Shown here in pieces: positions 60,734 to 64,000 of a stretch of 64,000 nucleotides of DNA. The stretch lies in the NCBI GenBank assembly GCA_965208575.1, contig CBDBOV010000004.1, forward strand, positions 1 through 64,000. The letters run 5' to 3'. How positions within the stretch are numbered: position 1 is the first letter of the stretch; each line of letters opens with the position of its first letter. The DNA is from Spirochaetia bacterium. Its GTDB lineage: Bacteria > Spirochaetota > Spirochaetia > SZUA-6 > Bin103. Position numbers and translations under genes: made by a program. A model generated the notes under the pieces. It ran no database searches. It saw only the letters and a list, made by a program, of their open reading frames with translations, and was not told the DNA's origin.

Positions 60734-60762
60734 CCGGCGGTATCGTATCGAGGTGATGAGCC

Positions 60763-60787
60763 AAGCGCCCCGCACCGCGGGGCGCTT
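60763..60787 (+). terminator. 11-bp hairpin after binding-protein gene
   Basis: AAGCGCCCCGC-ACC-GCGGGGCGCTT. Confidence 0.6.
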
Positions 60788-60796
60788 CCATTTCTC

Positions 60797-61792
60797 ATGG
60801 CACTGCTCATAGTCCGCCGCATCCTCTACATGGTCGTGCTGCTGGCCGTGCTGTCGATGGTGGCGTTCCTCATCATCCAGCTTCCACCGGGCGACTGGGT
60901 CACCACGTTCGTCTACCAGATGCAGCAGCGCGGCATCATCGTGGACGACCAGATGATGCAATCGTTGTACAAGCGGTTCGGCTTCGACCGGCCGCTGCAC
61001 GCGCAGTACCTGAAGTGGATCGGCAACATCATTCTGCGCGGCGACTTCGGCGAATCGATGACCTACAGCGATACCGTGTCCAACCTGATCCGGGAGCGGA
61101 TCGGACTGTCGGTGGTGCTCTCTCTCGCCGCGCTGCTGATCTCCTACGTGTTGGCGGTGCCGATCGGCATCTACTCGGCCACGCACCCTCATTCGGCGGG
61201 CGACTACGCGTTCACGGTATTCGGCTTCATCGGCCTGGCAACGCCCAATTTCCTGCTTGCGCTGATCCTGATGTTCCTGTTTCAGCGCATCCTGGGATGG
61301 AGCCCGGGCGGGCTGTTCTCGCCGGAGTACCTGGCGGCGCCCTGGAGTTTCGGGCGCGTGATCGACCTGCTCAAGCACATGCCGGTGCCGCTGATCGTGA
61401 TCGGCACCGCCGGAACCGCGGCCATCATCCGCATATTGCGCAGCTCGCTCGCCGACGAACTGTCGAAGCAGTACGTAATTACGGCGCGCGCCAAGGGAGT
61501 GGGCGAGCGGCGCATCCTGTTCAAGTACCCGGTGCGCATCGCGTTCAATCCCATCATTAGTGCCGTCGGCTACATCCTGCCGACCATCGTTTCGGGGGAG
61601 GCGCTGGTCGCCATCGTCCTGAGCCTGCCGACCATCGGGCCGCTGCTGCTGCACGGCCTGAGCAACCAGGACATGTATCTCGCCAGCGGCATCATCCTGA
61701 TCCTCGGCGCCCTGACCATGGTCGGCACGCTGGTTTCGGACCTCTTTCTGATGGCAATAGACCCGAGAATCCGCTTTGAGGCACGCGCTTAG
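60797..61792 (+). CDS. ABC permease, DppB/OppB-like
   Basis: GDFGES, YVITARAKG, DPRIR; paralog of 45667-46659. Confidence 0.9.
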   Translation: MALLIVRRILYMVVLLAVLSMVAFLIIQLPPGDWVTTFVYQMQQRGIIVDDQMMQSLYKRFGFDRPLHAQYLKWIGNIILRGDFGESMTYSDTVSNLIRERIGLSVVLSLAALLISYVLAVPIGIYSATHPHSAGDYAFTVFGFIGLATPNFLLALILMFLFQRILGWSPGGLFSPEYLAAPWSFGRVIDLLKHMPVPLIVIGTAGTAAIIRILRSSLADELSKQYVITARAKGVGERRILFKYPVRIAFNPIISAVGYILPTIVSGEALVAIVLSLPTIGPLLLHGLSNQDMYLASGIILILGALTMVGTLVSDLFLMAIDPRIRFEARA

Positions 61793-61793
61793 G

Positions 61794-62891
61794 ATGCGCA
61801 GCGAAATGGACACCGAGCGATACTACGTCGCCTCGAGCTGGAGCCTGATGTGGCGCAAGTTCGTCCGCCACCGCGTCGCCCTGGTAGCGGGCATTCTCCT
61901 GGCCGGGCTCTATATCACCGCGAGTGTTGCCGGCTTCGTGGCGCCCTATCACAAGACCGACAGCCGCGGCAAGTTTGCCCTCGCGCCACCCATGAGGGTG
62001 CGGATTCTCGATGACGGGCGGTTGCAGCGACCGTTCGTCTACGGGCTCGACCGCGGGCGCGATCCGGTAACCCTGATGTTCGTCTACGAGGAAGATCGCG
62101 AGGCCATCTACCCGATACGGTTTTTCGTGCGCGGCGATGAGTACGATTTCATCGGCCTGTTCCGAACCGACCTGCACCTGTTCGGGGTCGAGGAGCCGGG
62201 CACCGTATTCCTGTTCGGAACCGATCAGCTCGGGCGGGACGTGTTTTCCCGCATCATGTACGGCGCGCGCATCTCGCTCTCGGTCGGGTTCCTGGGCGTG
62301 GTGCTCAGCTTCATCTTCGGCTGCCTGCTCGGCGGCGTGTCGGGGCTGTTCGGCGGCGGCATCGACACGGCGATCCAGCGGGTCATCGAGTTTCTCATAT
62401 CGCTGCCGACCATCCCGTTGTGGATGGCGCTTGCCGCGGCGATTCCGATCGACTGGCCGGCGATCCGCACCTACTTCATGATCACGATAATCCTCTCCAT
62501 CCTGGGGTGGACCGAGCTGGCGCGGGTGGTGAGGGGCAAGGTCCTGGAGCTGCGCGAGGAAGACTACGTGATGGCGGCGTCGGTGAGCGGATCGACCGCG
62601 GCACGCATCATCACGCGCCACCTGCTGCCCAACTTCATCGGCTACCTGATCGTGCACTTCACGCTGGCGGTGCCGCGGATGATTCTCGCGGAGACCGCGC
62701 TCAGCTTTCTCAACGTCGGCTTGCGCCCCCCCGTGGTGAGCTGGGGGGTCGCCCTGCAGCAGGCATCCAACGTCCGCACGGTGGCGCAGAACTGGTGGCT
62801 GCTGATACCCGCCCTGTTCGTGGTGGCCGCGGTGCTGTGCTTCAATTCCCTCGGCGACGGCCTCCGCGACGCCGCCGACCCCTACAAGTAG
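61794..62891 (+). CDS. ABC permease, DppC/OppC-like
   Basis: FGTDQLGRDVFSR, GDGLRDAADPYK; paralog of 44489-45670. Confidence 0.9.
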   Translation: MRSEMDTERYYVASSWSLMWRKFVRHRVALVAGILLAGLYITASVAGFVAPYHKTDSRGKFALAPPMRVRILDDGRLQRPFVYGLDRGRDPVTLMFVYEEDREAIYPIRFFVRGDEYDFIGLFRTDLHLFGVEEPGTVFLFGTDQLGRDVFSRIMYGARISLSVGFLGVVLSFIFGCLLGGVSGLFGGGIDTAIQRVIEFLISLPTIPLWMALAAAIPIDWPAIRTYFMITIILSILGWTELARVVRGKVLELREEDYVMAASVSGSTAARIITRHLLPNFIGYLIVHFTLAVPRMILAETALSFLNVGLRPPVVSWGVALQQASNVRTVAQNWWLLIPALFVVAAVLCFNSLGDGLRDAADPYK

Positions 62892-63184
62892 GGACGTGGC
62901 AAGAGGATGACACAGTTCCGGCCGCGCCGTACGGTCATTGCGACGACGCGACTGCGCGGAGCCGCGACAACGCGGCCGGGGCCGACTTGGCGGTGCCCGC
63001 CAGGTTGACGGCAATGCCCGTAACGCCGCATCGTTCAGTAGTGGCGCTCGTTCCGGTGACCTGAGGGAGCCCGCGGTTCCCGCCTGGAGGTCGAGTTCGG
63101 CCGCGTAGAAGGCTACGGAATTCGTCGAGTGTCAACTTGACGATGCGGACGACGCGTAACCATCGACCTGGGTATGTGTTGCGC

Positions 63185-64000
63185 TCACTGAGGTCGCTCA
63201 CTCTCCGGCTCGAACACCAGTTCGGGGACCACCGCCTCCCAGGCGTCGCATCTCAGGGAGTCGCGGTATTTCGGGTCTGACCCCTCCCGGTTCCAGCCCA
63301 CGACCGCGAACACTTCCGCCTGCCGGCACCGTGACCCGGACGGCGGCCTGAACGACCCGGCGAGGCGTCCCACAACTCGCCCGGCCCGGTCCAGCAGCGT
63401 CCACCGCCCGTCCTCTCCGACCCGCACGTCCAACCGATCGCCGATCGACAGCGCTGTGATGGCGCCGTGTACAGGATCGCCGGCACGACGGCGTCCCGCG
63501 AATCCCAGATCGACCTCCTGGAGGGTGGGCCGAACATGGCGGCGCTCCATCGCCTCCGGGCTCGGAGCAAGTTCGACAGCCTCGCGACGGATCGTGGCTG
63601 GATGGTCAGCCAGTTCGCCATGAAAGCTCCGGGAGCCGTCGAGCCCTGCCAGCGTCAGAGTCTGCCGGGCCCGCGTCATCGCCACATAGTACAACCGGCG
63701 CGGCGCGTCGGGATCCTCGTCGCGGCCCACGCGGCCCCAGCCGCCGTCCAGGACCGCCACGTGATCGAACTGCAGCCCCTTGGCGCGATGGGCGGTGAGC
63801 AGCAGCAGTCCCCGCTGGCGGCGGCGTATGTCCCGACCCCACTCGGCAAGCCACTCGATGAATTGGTCCACCGGTGTTTCTCCGCCGCCGGTTTCCAGCG
63901 CGTGTTCCTCGACCGCCTGCCGCAGCAGTTCGTGCCAGGGATCGGAGGGCCTCCCATCGGCCCACCCGCGCAGAGACGCGCCGTCGACAATCCGCGTTTC
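63185..64000 (-). CDS. helicase C-terminus with UvrD-like motifs (partial; possibly a large RecQ-UvrD fusion)
   Basis: LTAHRAKGLQFD, RRLYYVAMTRAR; frame open to window edge. Confidence 0.8.
   Translation of the reverse strand, partial: ETRIVDGASLRGWADGRPSDPWHELLRQAVEEHALETGGGETPVDQFIEWLAEWGRDIRRRQRGLLLLTAHRAKGLQFDHVAVLDGGWGRVGRDEDPDAPRRLYYVAMTRARQTLTLAGLDGSRSFHGELADHPATIRREAVELAPSPEAMERRHVRPTLQEVDLGFAGRRRAGDPVHGAITALSIGDRLDVRVGEDGRWTLLDRAGRVVGRLAGSFRPPSGSRCRQAEVFAVVGWNREGSDPKYRDSLRCDAWEAVVPELVFEPESERPQ

Noticed and set aside
58994-61813. 939-aa antisense ORF and similar long shadow ORFs (e.g. 2379-4121, 6993-8861, 14751-16631, 42082-44541)
   Set aside because: They overlap well-supported genes, lack motifs, and are expected from stop-codon scarcity in high-GC DNA.

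Overview
High-GC bacterial chromosome segment. Several proteins point to a Spirochaetota host (TP0733-like barrel, conserved spirochaete hypotheticals, FASGxxE-type binding proteins); this is inferred from family recall, not a database search. Bases 1-42.2 kb are mostly housekeeping: phoH-ybeY-corC-pgk-tpiA-secG running into a complete F1Fo ATP synthase operon (atpBEFHAGDC, no atpI) with Chloroflexota-like subunits; envelope genes, nusB, map, two bactofilins, purB-guaA, tRNA-Glu; a tightly coupled four-gene lipid operon (SPT-like aminotransferase, fabZ, long-chain acyl-CoA ligase, BioD-like/DRTGG ATPase); comEC-rsmA, dapA/dapB, tyrA and tRNA-Lys. Downstream of tRNA-Lys is an accessory mosaic: three ABC importer clusters without ATPase genes, CoA-transferase/enoyl-CoA hydratase, a 2-hydroxyacid dehydrogenase, a PhyH dioxygenase, an AbiE pair, a single-chain MNT-HEPN fusion, hicAB, an AAA/PD-(D/E)XK protein, an IS91-like remnant, truncated genes and a helicase 3' end. 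Best leads: the candidate sphingolipid/amino-lipid operon, the apparently acquired F-type ATPase, the fused MNT-HEPN module and recurrent leaderless-type promoters. No CRISPR array, rRNA, integrase or prophage was seen.
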